A DNA stretch of 64,000 nt. Origin: an uncultured Solirubrobacterales bacterium (GTDB taxonomy: Bacteria > Actinomycetota > Thermoleophilia > Solirubrobacterales > 70-9). Shown here piece after piece: positions 1-9,587 of this stretch (within the stretch, counting starts at the first letter, position 1; each line of letters starts with the position of its first letter). A model generated the notes under the pieces. That model ran no database searches. It had not been told where the DNA came from and saw only the letters and a program-made list of their open reading frames with translations. The stretch is taken from positions 727,839 to 791,838 of the forward strand of contig OY969103.1 in the NCBI GenBank assembly GCA_963697915.1. The letters are read 5' to 3'. The position numbers and the translations under genes were made by a program.

Positions 1-1063
1 GGTTGCCGAAGTCGTTGGCGAGCTCGGTCTCGTAGCGCGACTCGAAGCCGGCGGTCGAGATCGAGCCGTCCTGGCCGAAGCTGACCTCGCGGAAGCAGTA
101 GAAGCGCAGCGCGTCGGCGCCGAAGCGGTCGATCGCCTCGAAGGGGTCGAGCACGTTGCCGAGCGACTTCGACATCTTTTTCTCGCCCATCAGCAGGAAC
201 CCGTGGATCGCCATCCGCTTCGGCGGCTCGAGGTCGGCCGCCCAACAGAGCGCCGGCCAGATCACGGCGTGGAACTTGAGGATGTCCTTGGCCATCACGT
301 GTAGGTCGGCGGGCCAGTAGCGCCCGGTCAGGTCCTCCCCCTCGCGGGCGAAGCCGAGCGCGGTGACGTAGTTGAGCAGGGCGTCGAACCAGACGTACAT
401 GCGCTGCTCGGGGTCCCAGGGCAGCCGCATCCCCCACTTCAGCTTCGGCCTGGAAAGCGAGACGTCCTCGAGCCCGCTCTTGATGAAGGCGACCGCCTCG
501 TTGCGGCGGAAGTCGGGCACGACGAAGTCGGGCCGCTCCTCGTAGAGCGCTTCCAGCTTCTCCTGGAAGGCGGAGAGGCGGAAGAACCAGTTCTCCTCGC
601 GGACCTTCTCCAGCGCGATCTCGTGGATCGGGCAGGTCTGGCCGGGGCCGAGCTCGCGCTCGGTCTTGAAGTCGGCGCAGCGCGGGCAGTACCAGCCTTC
701 GTAGGTCCCCTTGCTGACCCAGCCGTTGTCGTAGACGCGCTGCATGATCTCGGCGACGCGCTCGCCGTGGCGCGGGTCCGAGGTGCGGATGAAGAAGTCG
801 TTGCTGGCGTCGATGATCGGCATCAGCTCTTCGAACTTGGCCGCGTTGCGGTCGGCCAGCTCCTGCGGCGTGACTCCCTCGCGTTCGGCCGCGATCTCGA
901 TCGGCTCGCCGTGCTCGTCGGTGCCGGTCAGGAAGAAGACGTCGGCGCCGCGCTGGCGCATGTGGCGGGCGAGCACGTCGGCCGCCATCGTCGAGTAGGC
1001 GTGGCCGAGGTGCGGCTCGGCGTTGACGTAGTAGATCGGCGTCGTTACGTAGAAAGCGGACAT
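1..1063 (-). CDS. metG: Methionyl-tRNA synthetase, N-terminal about 354 codons (gene continues beyond left edge)
   Basis: Absent from the ORF track (edge-truncated). My minus-strand translation from ATG at 1063-1061 gives [23 protein letters not shown] (HIGH motif) and, in frame, [15 protein letters not shown] (KMSKS motif, codon at 175-173). Confidence 0.9.
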   Translation of the reverse strand, partial: MSAFYVTTPIYYVNAEPHLGHAYSTMAADVLARHMRQRGADVFFLTGTDEHGEPIEIAAEREGVTPQELADRNAAKFEELMPIIDASNDFFIRTSDPRHGERVAEIMQRVYDNGWVSKGTYEGWYCPRCADFKTERELGPGQTCPIHEIALEKVREENWFFRLSAFQEKLEALYEERPDFVVPDFRRNEAVAFIKSGLEDVSLSRPKLKWGMRLPWDPEQRMYVWFDALLNYVTALGFAREGEDLTGRYWPADLHVMAKDILKFHAVIWPALCWAADLEPPKRMAIHGFLLMGEKKMSKSLGNVLDPFEAIDRFGADALRFYCFREVSFGQDGSISTAGFESRYETELANDFGN

Positions 1064-1083
1064 CGGCGAGCGAGGCTAGTCGA

Positions 1084-1911
1084 TCACTTGCGGGGCTCGC
1101 GGCCGGTGAGGGCGCGGTAGAGGTCGTTGGCGCGAGTGCCGGTGAGGGCGGCGACGACGCTGGCGGCGGCGCGGGGGCGGGCGCCCGACTGGACCAGGTG
1201 GCGCAGGGCGTCGACCGCGAAGCCGACGTCCTGGTCGTGGTCCTCGGAGGCGGCCGGGGCGATCACCAGCACGATCTCCCCTTTGACCTCGCCGCGGAAG
1301 CGCCGCGCCAGCTCGGCCAGCGTGCTGCGTGAGACCTCCTCGTGCATCTTCGAGATCTCGCGGCAGACGGCGGCGGGCCGGTCGGGGGCGATCGCCGCCA
1401 GCGCCGCCAGCGAGTCGCCGATCCGGCGCGGCGACTCGAAGGCGACCACGGTCTCGGGCGAGCGCAGGACGCGCTCCATCTCACCGGCGCGCTTGGGCAG
1501 GAAGCCCTCGAAGCGCCAGCGGTCGGTGGGCAGGCCGGAGGCGACCAGCGCGGTGGGGACGACCGAGGGCCCGGGCAGCACCGTGACCTCGAGGTTGCGG
1601 TCGATGCAGCGGCGGATCAACCGGAAGCCAGGGTCGGAGATCGCCGGCATGCCGGCGTCGGAGACGAGGGCGACGGTCTCCCCCCGTTCGATCCGCTGGG
1701 CCAGCTCCATCGCCCGCGCCGCTTCGTTGCCCTCGTGGTTGGAGACCAGCGGCGGCGCCGGGCGGATGCCGAGCTTGTCGAGCAGGCCACCGGTGCGGCG
1801 CGTGTCCTCGCAGGCGATGTAGTCGGCACTGACCAGGGCGTCGCGGACGCGGAGCGTGATGTCGTCGAGGTTGCCGATCGGGGTCGGGCAGACGATCAGC
1901 GAGCCGGGCAT
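1084..1911 (-). CDS. rsmI: 16S rRNA (cytidine1402-2'-O)-methyltransferase
   Basis: 275 aa. N-terminus LIVCPTPIGNLDDITLRVRDAL...ACEDTRRTGGLL and SDAGMPAISDPG are typical of RsmI tetrapyrrole-methylase-fold enzymes. Start overlaps the upstream stop by 1 nt (TGATG). Confidence 0.9.
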   Translation of the reverse strand: MPGSLIVCPTPIGNLDDITLRVRDALVSADYIACEDTRRTGGLLDKLGIRPAPPLVSNHEGNEAARAMELAQRIERGETVALVSDAGMPAISDPGFRLIRRCIDRNLEVTVLPGPSVVPTALVASGLPTDRWRFEGFLPKRAGEMERVLRSPETVVAFESPRRIGDSLAALAAIAPDRPAAVCREISKMHEEVSRSTLAELARRFRGEVKGEIVLVIAPAASEDHDQDVGFAVDALRHLVQSGARPRAAASVVAALTGTRANDLYRALTGREPRK

Positions 1912-2870
1912 CAGCCCGCCTTCTCCAGCTCGATCCGCGCCATCGCCGCGGCGCCGATCATCCCGGCGTCCTCGCCGAGCTCGGCGGCGAGGACCGGGGT
2001 GCGGTTCATCGGCGGCAGCGCCCGCTTCCTCAGCTCCGCCCGGGCCGGGTCGAGCAGCAGGTCGCCGGCGGCGATGACGCCGCCGCCGATCACGAACACT
2101 TCCGGGCCGAAGATGTTGGCGAAGCTGGCCAGGGCGACGCCGAGCCGCCGGCCGACCAGGTCGAAGACGCCGCGCGCGGTCGCATCGCCGGCCCGGGCGG
2201 CGATCGTCACCGCCTTGCCGTCGACCGCCTCGCCCGCGGCGAGCAGCTTGCCGAGCGCCGAGCTGGGCTCGCGCTCCGCGGCGGCGCGCCCTTCGCGACC
2301 GAGTGCCGTGCCGGAGGCGTAGGTCTCGATGCAGCCGTGGCCCGGGCAGTTGCCCTGGCAGGCCAGCCCGTCCATCTTGATCGTCACGTGGCCGAGCTCG
2401 GCCCCGGCCCCGTTCGAGCCGCGGTAGAGCTCGCCGCCGAGGACTAGGCCGCCGCCGATCCCGGTGCCGATCGTCAGCATCACCGCGTTCTCGGCGCCGC
2501 GCGCGGCGCCGAAGAGCTGCTCGGCCAGGGCCGCGACGTTGGCGTCGTTGTCGAGGAAGGCGGGCAGCCCGGTGCGCTCGGTGACCAGGTCGCGGATCGG
2601 CAGGTTGGCGATCGGCAGGTTGACCGTGAAGACGGCTTCGCCCTTCTCCTGGTCGATCGTCGCCGGGATCCCCATCCCGATCGCCTCGACCCCGGCGCGC
2701 TCGGCGCGGGCCTCTTCGACCTCGCCGACGAGCAGCTCGACGAGCTCGTCCTCGCTCTCGCCGGCCGAGGCCTCACGGCTCTCCCAGGCGACCTTGGAGT
2801 CGCGGTCGAGGACACCGAGCAGCATCTTGGTGCCGCCCAGGTCGATGCCTATCGCTTCGGCGTCACTCAT
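1911..2870 (-). CDS. ROK-family glucokinase
   Basis: The track ORF 1911..3875 is over-extended. The homologous part starts at MSDAEAIGIDLGGTK (ATG 2870-2868). It carries the ROK Zn motif CQGNCPGHGCIETYASG and the LDNDANVAALAE signature. Confidence 0.88.
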   Translation of the reverse strand: MSDAEAIGIDLGGTKMLLGVLDRDSKVAWESREASAGESEDELVELLVGEVEEARAERAGVEAIGMGIPATIDQEKGEAVFTVNLPIANLPIRDLVTERTGLPAFLDNDANVAALAEQLFGAARGAENAVMLTIGTGIGGGLVLGGELYRGSNGAGAELGHVTIKMDGLACQGNCPGHGCIETYASGTALGREGRAAAEREPSSALGKLLAAGEAVDGKAVTIAARAGDATARGVFDLVGRRLGVALASFANIFGPEVFVIGGGVIAAGDLLLDPARAELRKRALPPMNRTPVLAAELGEDAGMIGAAAMARIELEKAG

Positions 2871-2900
2871 CTCTCGTCGCAGTCGACCGCGGGCATCGGC

Positions 2901-4163
2901 ATGATTTCTAACCCTTTCATGGCAGGCGATGGAGAGCAGCGGCCCTCGGGGCCGCCGGATTACAAGGTCTACCGGGCACGCCGGGGCCTCCTGTCGCGCT
3001 TCCGCAAGCCCGACCTCTCCTCCCTGCGCGATCGCGATTGGAAGGCGCCAAAGCTGCCGGGGCGCGGCGATCGCCCCGGGCGGGGCGTGGGAGAGCCGGG
3101 CGATGGCCGCGCGCGGCTGATCCTGCGCAAGGCGCTGAAATGGGTCGGCATCGCGGCGCTGGGCTGGATCCTGCTCAGCTTCCTCGCCTTCGCCGTCTCC
3201 GCCCAGCTGCAGTCGTTCAAGCTCGACGGCGACGCCAAGTCGACCCTGCACGGCAACCTCGCCCTGCTGCCGAGCGCGCAGACGATCCTGCTGATCGGCA
3301 CCGACGCCCGACCGCCCGGCACCGAAGAGCCGGGCGCCCTGACCTCGGAGGAGTGCTACGAGCAGCAGTCCCGCGGCGAGGCGCCGCACGGCGATTGCAG
3401 CGTCGGCCAGTACCGCGCCGACACCCTGATGCTGGTCCGCGCCGGCGGCGGCGCCTTCCGCAAACTCTCGATCCCGCGCGACGTCTACGCCGAGATCCCC
3501 GGCCAGAGCCCGCAGAAGATCAACGGCGCCTTCGCCTTCGGCGGCGCCGGGGCGCAGATCGAAGCGGTCGAGGACTTCCTCGGGATCGACGTCGACCACG
3601 TCGCGATCATCGACTTCACCGGCTTCGAAGACCTGATCGATTCGGTCGGCGGGGTCGTCGTCGACGTGCCGGTCAAGCTCTGCGCCGACATCGCCGGCGG
3701 CGCCGGCGGCGGCCAGGGCGGCTGGACGCTGCGGCTCGGCAAGGGCGAGAACACGCTCGACGGCGAGCAGGCCCTGACCTACGCGCGGATACGCAAGCCC
3801 AGCCCCTGCCCCGGGCCCGCACCGAGCGCCTACTCGCTCGGCAGCTACGACGACTTCGACCGGGCGCGCGCCCAACAGGAAGTGATCGGCGGCATCAAGG
3901 ACCGCCTCACCAGCCCGCTGCGCGCCCCCTACAACTTCGTCAAGGGGCCGATCATCGGCTGGAACGCGCCGAAGGCGTTCGTCAGCGACATGGGCTTCCT
4001 GACCATGCCGCAGCTGATCCTGGCCGCGGGGATCGGCGGCGACGGCGAAGCCGACGTGCTCTGCAAAGGCGAAAACGCCGGCTGCTCCCCCGGCCCCGGC
4101 GGCAGCATCGAAGTGCCCGAGTCCGAGCGCCAGCGCGCAGTCAAGAAGCTGCTCGGCGAGTGA
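2901..4163 (+). CDS. LytR-CpsA-Psr (LCP) family cell-envelope phosphotransferase
   Basis: 420 aa with an N-terminal TM helix (WVGIAALGWILLSFLAFAV). LCP core motifs: LLIGTDAR, RADTLMLVR, SIPRDVY, INGAFAFGG, HVAIIDFTGFEDLIDSVGGV. The start could also be the downstream Met. Confidence 0.85.
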   Translation: MISNPFMAGDGEQRPSGPPDYKVYRARRGLLSRFRKPDLSSLRDRDWKAPKLPGRGDRPGRGVGEPGDGRARLILRKALKWVGIAALGWILLSFLAFAVSAQLQSFKLDGDAKSTLHGNLALLPSAQTILLIGTDARPPGTEEPGALTSEECYEQQSRGEAPHGDCSVGQYRADTLMLVRAGGGAFRKLSIPRDVYAEIPGQSPQKINGAFAFGGAGAQIEAVEDFLGIDVDHVAIIDFTGFEDLIDSVGGVVVDVPVKLCADIAGGAGGGQGGWTLRLGKGENTLDGEQALTYARIRKPSPCPGPAPSAYSLGSYDDFDRARAQQEVIGGIKDRLTSPLRAPYNFVKGPIIGWNAPKAFVSDMGFLTMPQLILAAGIGGDGEADVLCKGENAGCSPGPGGSIEVPESERQRAVKKLLGE

Positions 4164-4177
4164 GGTCGCTCAGCCTC

Positions 4178-4210
4178 ACGCGTTTTCCCTCTATCTCAGG
4201 GAAAACGCGT
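4178..4210. terminator. Bidirectional hairpin terminator between convergent genes
   Basis: Perfect 13-bp stem ACGCGTTTTCCCT / AGGGAAAACGCGT with a 7-nt loop, lying between the LCP stop (4163) and the zinc-ribbon gene stop (4219). Confidence 0.6.
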
Positions 4211-4218
4211 TGGGGTGA

Positions 4219-4512
4219 CTAGTCGGCTTTCGCGGTCGCCTTCGAGTCGCTCTTCGACTCGGCCGGCTTCGAGTCGGGCTTCGACTCCTTGGCCTCGCCC
4301 GAGCCCTCCGAGGAGCCGTTCGAGGCGGCGGTGGACTTCCTGCCGTAGTCGGTGTTGTGGAAGCCCGAGCCCTTGAAGTGGATCGCGACCGGGTGCAGGA
4401 CCCGCTCGGCCGGAGCGCCGCACTCCTGGCACTCGGTCAGGGCGTCGTCGCTCATCTTCTGGATCACGTCGAAGACGTGACCGTTGGTGCATTTGTACTC
4501 GTAGATCGGCAT
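4219..4512 (-). CDS. FmdB-family zinc-ribbon protein with Ser/Lys-rich tail
   Basis: MPIYEYKCTNGHVFDV...CQECGAP is the CxxC...CxxC FmdB/zinc-ribbon signature. The C-terminus is a low-complexity acidic/basic tail. Confidence 0.8.
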   Translation of the reverse strand: MPIYEYKCTNGHVFDVIQKMSDDALTECQECGAPAERVLHPVAIHFKGSGFHNTDYGRKSTAASNGSSEGSGEAKESKPDSKPAESKSDSKATAKAD

Positions 4513-4549
4513 CGCGGTGGGCGATTATCGCAGCCGGTACGGTTCCGGC

Positions 4550-5941
4550 ATGTCAACCACCGAGCAGGACGCCCGACCAGACCTGGCAACGATGGAGGAG
4601 ATCGTCGCGCTCTGCAAGCGCCGCGGCTTCGTCTTTCCCTCCTCCGAGATCTACGGCGGGCTCGGCTCGACCTACGACTACGGGCACTACGGGGTGCTGC
4701 TGAAGAACAACGTCAAAGCCGAGTGGTGGCGGGCGATGCTGCAGGAGCGCGACGACATCGTCGCGCTCGACTCGGCGATCCTCCAGCACCCGCGGGTCTG
4801 GGAGGCCTCGGGCCACCTGGAGGGGTTCACCGACCCGCTGGTCCAGTGCCTCGGCAAGTGCAAGCGGCGCTGGCGCGAGGATCACCTGCGCGAGGCGGTC
4901 GAGGCCGAGGGCGGCGACCCGAGCGCCGAGCTGCGCTGCCCCGAGTGCGGCGGCGAGCTCTCCGAGCCGCGCCAGTTCAACCTGATGTTCGAGACCCACG
5001 TCGGCCCGGTCGCGGGCGAGGGCTCGGAGGTCTACCTGCGGCCCGAGACGGCGCAGGGGATCTTCATCAACTTCAAGAACGTGCTCGGCTTCGCCCGCAA
5101 GAAGCCGCCCTTCGGGATCGCCCAGATCGGCAAGTCGTTCCGCAACGAGATCACGCCGGGCAACTTCATCTTCCGCACCCGCGAGTTCGAGCAGATGGAG
5201 ATGGAGTTCTTCGTGCCCCCCGCCGAGGCGGAGAAGTGGTACCGGACCTGGATCGAGGAGCGCGAGCGCTGGTACACCGAGCTCGGCATCCGCCCCGAGC
5301 TGCTGCGGGTGCGCGCCCACGGCGCCGACGAGCTCTCCCACTACTCATCCGGCACCAGTGACGTCGAGTACCTCTTCCCGATCGGCTGGTCGGAGCTCGA
5401 GGGGATCGCCAACCGCGGTGACTTCGACCTCAGCCAGCACGCCAAGTTCAGCGGCGAGAAGCTCGAGTACTTCGACCAGCAGACCAAGGAGCGCTACGTG
5501 CCGCACGTGATCGAGCCGGCCGCCGGCGCCGACCGCGCCACGCTCGCCTTCCTCGTCGACTCCTACGACGTCGAGGAGGTGGAGGGCCGCCAGCGCACCG
5601 TGCTGCGCCTCCATCCGCGGCTCGCCCCCGTCAAGGTCGCCGTCCTCCCGCTCGTCTCCAAGGAGGGAATGCCGGAGAAGGCGCGGGCGATCTTCGAGCA
5701 GCTGCGGCGGCGCGTCCCCGCCGAGTTCGACGAGGGCGGCTCGATCGGCAAGCGCTACCGCCGCCAGGACGAGATCGGCACCCCCTGGGGGATCACCGTC
5801 GACCACCAGACGATGGAGGACGACACCGTCACCCTGCGCGACCGCGACTCGCTGGAGCAGACCCGGGTCCCGATCGAGGGCCTGGTCGACGACCTCGCCG
5901 CCCGCCTGACGCAGCCCTGGCGCAGCCCGAAGCTGGACTGA
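4550..5941 (+). CDS. glyQS: Glycine-tRNA ligase (homodimeric class II)
   Basis: MEEIVALCKRRGFVFPSSEIYGGLGSTYDYGHYG and the class II motifs (FRNEITPGNFIFRTREFEQMEMEFF, GADR) are typical. The track start at 4517 (GTG) is possible, but ATG 4550 fits homologs better. Confidence 0.92.
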   Translation: MSTTEQDARPDLATMEEIVALCKRRGFVFPSSEIYGGLGSTYDYGHYGVLLKNNVKAEWWRAMLQERDDIVALDSAILQHPRVWEASGHLEGFTDPLVQCLGKCKRRWREDHLREAVEAEGGDPSAELRCPECGGELSEPRQFNLMFETHVGPVAGEGSEVYLRPETAQGIFINFKNVLGFARKKPPFGIAQIGKSFRNEITPGNFIFRTREFEQMEMEFFVPPAEAEKWYRTWIEERERWYTELGIRPELLRVRAHGADELSHYSSGTSDVEYLFPIGWSELEGIANRGDFDLSQHAKFSGEKLEYFDQQTKERYVPHVIEPAAGADRATLAFLVDSYDVEEVEGRQRTVLRLHPRLAPVKVAVLPLVSKEGMPEKARAIFEQLRRRVPAEFDEGGSIGKRYRRQDEIGTPWGITVDHQTMEDDTVTLRDRDSLEQTRVPIEGLVDDLAARLTQPWRSPKLD

Positions 5942-5942
5942 G

Positions 5943-7208
5943 ATGAACGCCAGCCTGTTCCGTGACCGGGACTTTCGGCTGGTGGCAGGTTCGGTTGGGC
6001 TCTCGGCCATGGGCGACTGGGTGGCGATCGTCGCCCTCGGCCTGTACGTCAAGGACGCGACCGACTCCGGCTTCGCCGTCGCCGCGCTCTGGGTCTGCCT
6101 CTTCGGGCCCGCGGTCCCGGCCGCCGGCCTGACCGGGCTGCTGGCCGACCGGGTCGAGGCGACGCGGCTGCTCGCCGCCGTCTCGGCGCTCGGCGCCGTC
6201 GCCGCTGTCGCCACCGCCTTCAGCACCGCGGTCGCGCCGGTGCTGATCCTGACCGCGCTGCTCGGCATCGTCTTCGCCACCTCCTCCCCGGCCGAGTTCG
6301 CGCTGATCCCGCCGCTCGCGGGCGAGGACCGCATCCAGGAGGCGAACGGCCATATCGAGACCGCCCGCTACATCGGCTTCGGCGCCGGGCCGCTGCTCGG
6401 CGGGCTGCTCTACGGAGTTGGCGGGCTGGAGCTGGCGATGCTGGTCGACGCCGCCACCTTCGCCGCGGTCGCCGTCGCGGCGCTGAGCCTGCGGGTGCGG
6501 CGGCGCCCGCGCGAGCTGGACGACTCGGAGCGCGCCCCGCGCGCCCGCGACGGCGTCGTCTTCCTCTTCCGCGACCGGTTGCTGGCGCTGGTGATGAGCG
6601 TCGCCTTCGCCTCACTGCTCTTCATGTCGGCGGTCTGGGTCGGCGAGCTCTTCTTCGTCCAGGACGTGCTCGGCCGCGGCGAACTCGCCTACGGCGCGAT
6701 GCTCTCGATCTGGACCGCCGGGATGGCGATCGGGGCGATGCTGCTCGCGCGGCGGGTCGCCGCCGGCGCCGTCGCCGCGGTCGGCCTCGTCGCCGCTGCC
6801 AGCCAGGGCGCCGCCCTGGCCCTGCCGGCCTTCTGGCTCAGCTTCGCCTTCTTCCTCGCCTGCTCGTTCGCCGGCGGCGTCGCCCACGGGCTCAAGAACG
6901 TGATGTTCCGCAGCCTGATCCATGTCCGCGTCCCCGACGACCTGCACGGGCGCGCCTTCGCCGCCTACAACGGCATCCGCAACACCGCCGAGCTCGGCGC
7001 CTTCGCCGCCGGCGGCGTGCTGGTCGCGGCGATCGGCCCGCGCGGCACGCTCGCCTACGCCGGCACGCTCTCCGCCTTCGTCGGGGCGATCGGTGTGCTC
7101 GCCCTGCTGCGCATGTACCGGGGGTGGGTCCCGAGCGGCCCGATCGGGCCGCCGCTCGAGCCCTCAGACGCCGAGAAAGCGGCTGACGTCGGCGGCCTCG
7201 GAAGCTAG
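5943..7208 (+). CDS. MFS transporter
   Basis: 421 aa, about 12 predicted hydrophobic helices, N-terminus FRLVAGSVGLSAMGDWVAIVALGLYV typical of MFS efflux proteins. Its 3' end overlaps the convergent gene by 45 nt. Confidence 0.8.
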   Translation: MNASLFRDRDFRLVAGSVGLSAMGDWVAIVALGLYVKDATDSGFAVAALWVCLFGPAVPAAGLTGLLADRVEATRLLAAVSALGAVAAVATAFSTAVAPVLILTALLGIVFATSSPAEFALIPPLAGEDRIQEANGHIETARYIGFGAGPLLGGLLYGVGGLELAMLVDAATFAAVAVAALSLRVRRRPRELDDSERAPRARDGVVFLFRDRLLALVMSVAFASLLFMSAVWVGELFFVQDVLGRGELAYGAMLSIWTAGMAIGAMLLARRVAAGAVAAVGLVAAASQGAALALPAFWLSFAFFLACSFAGGVAHGLKNVMFRSLIHVRVPDDLHGRAFAAYNGIRNTAELGAFAAGGVLVAAIGPRGTLAYAGTLSAFVGAIGVLALLRMYRGWVPSGPIGPPLEPSDAEKAADVGGLGS

Positions 7209-8195
7209 CGCGGCCGAGGCCGCGGCGGAGAGGCGCTCGAACGGCTCGATCGTCAGCTCGCCGCCGGCCAGGCCCCACTTGGCGACGGCACGGCCGCCGA
7301 CCATCGCGAAGGGGTGGAAGATGCCGTTCTTCGTCACCAGGCGCGTCTCCGAGCCGAGGATCTCCTCACGCGAGGTCCAACCGAGCAGGACAGGCTCGAA
7401 GGCGCCGAGCAGGCGCGGCGGCGGCGCCCCGTCGGCGGACTGCCGCTTGCTGAGGCTGACCAGGCCGTCCTCGCGCTGCTCGAGCTCGGCGCCGATCACC
7501 GCCAGCCCGGCGCGGGCGTCGCGCAGCGGCAGGCCCGCCCAGCGGGCGAGGTCGCGGTCGCTCGCCGGACCGTGCCCGGCCAGGTAGCGCCGCGCCAGCT
7601 CCGCCAGCGCCAGCTCGCGGTCGACCGGCGGCGGCGCGCCGAGCCACTCGCGGACGAGGACGTAGGCGTGCTGCTTGCCGAGCATCGGGCCGCGCACCAC
7701 GACTCCCCGCACCGCGGCGAGGAAGAGCAGGTGGATCGTCGCCTGGCCGTCGGTGCGCACGCCGGCCGCCTCGATCCGCTCGCGCAGCTGCACGCGGGTC
7801 TGTGGGCCCTCGTCGGCGATCGCCCGCTCGATCGCCTTCAGGGCGCGCCCCGCTTCCGCCTCGCTGACGCCCTCCTGGCGCAGCCGCCGGGCGCAGGAGG
7901 TGAACAGCGGCGGCGTGGTAAGCGCCTGCAGCAGCGGGTAGTCCTCGCTGCGGACCAGGTGCAGCGTGCCGCGGTTGAGCCAGGTGACCACCAGCGTGCG
8001 GTCCTCGCTCAGCGCCCGGTCGACGTCGGCCGCGGTCAGCCCCTCGCTGCGCGCCCGCACCGCGAGCCGGAAGGCGCGTGGGTCCTGGCCCTGGACGGCA
8101 AGCAGCCGCTCGGCGACCGCGACCGGGTCGGCAAGCCGCGGCCCCGCGAGGGCCTGCGCGGCGAAGCGCTCGGCGAGAAGCTCGTCTCCTGGCAT
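7164..8195 (-). CDS. Winged-helix (HTH_42) AlkZ/YcaQ-like putative DNA glycosylase
   Basis: 343 aa. LLAVQGQDPRAF contains the QxQ(D) catalytic-type motif of AlkZ/YcaQ interstrand-crosslink glycosylases. TWLNRGTLHLV and the general layout match DUF1006-type winged-helix proteins. Confidence 0.65.
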   Translation of the reverse strand: MPGDELLAERFAAQALAGPRLADPVAVAERLLAVQGQDPRAFRLAVRARSEGLTAADVDRALSEDRTLVVTWLNRGTLHLVRSEDYPLLQALTTPPLFTSCARRLRQEGVSEAEAGRALKAIERAIADEGPQTRVQLRERIEAAGVRTDGQATIHLLFLAAVRGVVVRGPMLGKQHAYVLVREWLGAPPPVDRELALAELARRYLAGHGPASDRDLARWAGLPLRDARAGLAVIGAELEQREDGLVSLSKRQSADGAPPPRLLGAFEPVLLGWTSREEILGSETRLVTKNGIFHPFAMVGGRAVAKWGLAGGELTIEPFERLSAAASAALASEAADVSRFLGV

Positions 8196-8199
8196 CGGG

Positions 8200-8715
8200 T
8201 CATTTTGGCTTAACGATGCCGAGCAGATCGATCACGTAGTAGAGAGTCCACTCCTCGGCGGTGACGTCCGGCGGGGCGCCGCCGATGAAGAGATGGTCGG
8301 GGTGGGCGACCAGCCTGCGGCGCCCGCCGACGCGCATCCCGGGAAGCGCCTCGGTCCAGGCAGGAATCAGCACGTAGTTACGGGCGAGCTGATACTGGAA
8401 GGGGTTCGCTTTCCAGTAGTGCTCGTAAAGCTCGCCGTCGGCGTGAACCGCGACGAAATGAGTGACGATCTTGTCGCCCATCCGGATCGGCCTGCCGCTG
8501 CCCTCGATCAGGTCTTCCACGACCAGCTTCTGCTTGGGCAGCTCATCCGGGACGCTGACCTCTGGCGGAAGGCGTTTCGCCGCTTCCGCTGCGGACTGCG
8601 TCTGCATCGGCCCCGGCGGTTTTTCCGGCGCCCCGCTCGGCGACTCCTCGCTCGCCCCGCAGCCGGCGAGCACAAACGTCGCCAGAGCCGCGATTCCCCA
8701 CGCCCGCGCAACCAT
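8200..8715 (-). CDS. Lipoprotein with divergent FKBP-type PPIase domain
   Basis: Lipobox LAGCG near the N-terminus. The C-terminal part (IPAWTEALPGMRVGGRRRLVAHPD) aligns with the FKBP core of the upstream paralog, but key residues are changed. Confidence 0.6.
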   Translation of the reverse strand: MVARAWGIAALATFVLAGCGASEESPSGAPEKPPGPMQTQSAAEAAKRLPPEVSVPDELPKQKLVVEDLIEGSGRPIRMGDKIVTHFVAVHADGELYEHYWKANPFQYQLARNYVLIPAWTEALPGMRVGGRRRLVAHPDHLFIGGAPPDVTAEEWTLYYVIDLLGIVKPK

Positions 8716-8759
8716 GACGCGGATCGTACGCGAAACTCAGGGAAAACTGATTGGTCGCG

Positions 8760-9260
8760 CTAGCCGATCTCGAGGAGATCGATGACGAAGACGAGCGCTT
8801 CGTTGGGAGCAATCGAGGGCGGGAAGCCGGCTTCGCCGTAGGCGAGTTCCGGCGGGACCAAGAGCTGGCGGCGGCCGCCCGCCTTCATCCCGACGACGCC
8901 TTCTTCCCAGCCGGGGATCACCTGGCCGGAGCCGAGCTGGAAGGCGAACGGTTCGCGGCCCCAGGAGGTGTCGAACTCTTTACCACTTTCGAAGCCGACC
9001 CCGACGTACTCGACGGTGACGTTGTCACCACGCTTCGCCGCCGGGCCGCTGCCTTCGGTCAGGTCTTTCATGAGCAGCTGGGTCGGCGCGGCGCCGTCGG
9101 GCACGGTCACCTTGGGCTTGCCGTCGTCGGCGCTGCCGCCGCTCGCGGCCACCGCCGCGGTCGTGTCCGTCCCCTCGGTGGTGCCCGAGGAGTCGTCGTC
9201 GCCGCAGCCCGCGAGGGCCAGCAGCGCACAGAGCATCAGTGCCGCGATCGACGCCTTCAT
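8760..9260 (-). CDS. FKBP-type peptidyl-prolyl cis-trans isomerase lipoprotein
   Basis: Start trimmed to MKASIAALMLCALLALAGCG (lipobox). Canonical FKBP motifs: VEYVGVGFESGKEFDTSW, GSGQVIPGWEEGVVGMKAGGRRQLLVPPELAYG. Confidence 0.85.
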   Translation of the reverse strand: MKASIAALMLCALLALAGCGDDDSSGTTEGTDTTAAVAASGGSADDGKPKVTVPDGAAPTQLLMKDLTEGSGPAAKRGDNVTVEYVGVGFESGKEFDTSWGREPFAFQLGSGQVIPGWEEGVVGMKAGGRRQLLVPPELAYGEAGFPPSIAPNEALVFVIDLLEIG

Positions 9261-9427
9261 CCCGGCGACATCTAAGCAGGCGAGGTCAGATCGTGTCCTC
9301 GCCGCCGTAGGCCCGGTGCAGCGCGGGCAGGATGGCGGCCAGGTTCGCGTACTCCTCGGCACAATGGCGCGCCAGCCCCGGTGGCAGGCCCTCCGGCAGG
9401 GCCAGGCGCCGGACGACGCGGTTGTTC

Positions 9428-9577
9428 ATGGCGAGCGCCGCCGTCCTCGACCCCGGCGGGCCCGTCGCGGCGATCTCGGTGCCGGTCCCCCTCCAGCGCT
9501 TCGACGGTCGCGAGGCGAAGCTCGCCGCCGCGGTACGCGAGGCGGCAAGCGCGGCCTCGTCCCTGCTCACCGGGTAA
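9428..9577 (+). pseudogene. Possible remnant of the 3' end of an IclR-family regulator gene
   Basis: Translation AAVLDPGGPVAAISVPVPLQRFDGREAKLAAAVREAASAASSLL resembles the C-terminal effector-domain end of IclR regulators (A.PV.D..G.VVAAISVSGP..R). No HTH or remaining effector domain lies upstream in any frame. Confidence 0.35.
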
Positions 9578-9587
9578 GGTCGCCCGA

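Noticed and set aside
1911-3875. Long 5' extensions of real genes in the track: 1911..3875, 30689..32299, 31166..33607, 38323..39864, 39877..41262, 50726..51415, 51067..53064 and 51955..54363.
   Set aside because: Only the C-terminal parts match known families. The extensions overlap neighbouring genes on the other strand and look like non-protein sequence. Starts were trimmed to the first codon consistent with homolog N-termini.
4513-4549. T-box leader upstream of glyQS.
   Set aside because: Only 37 nt (or less) separate glyQS from the divergent gene, far too short for a T-box. No specifier or T-box sequence is present.
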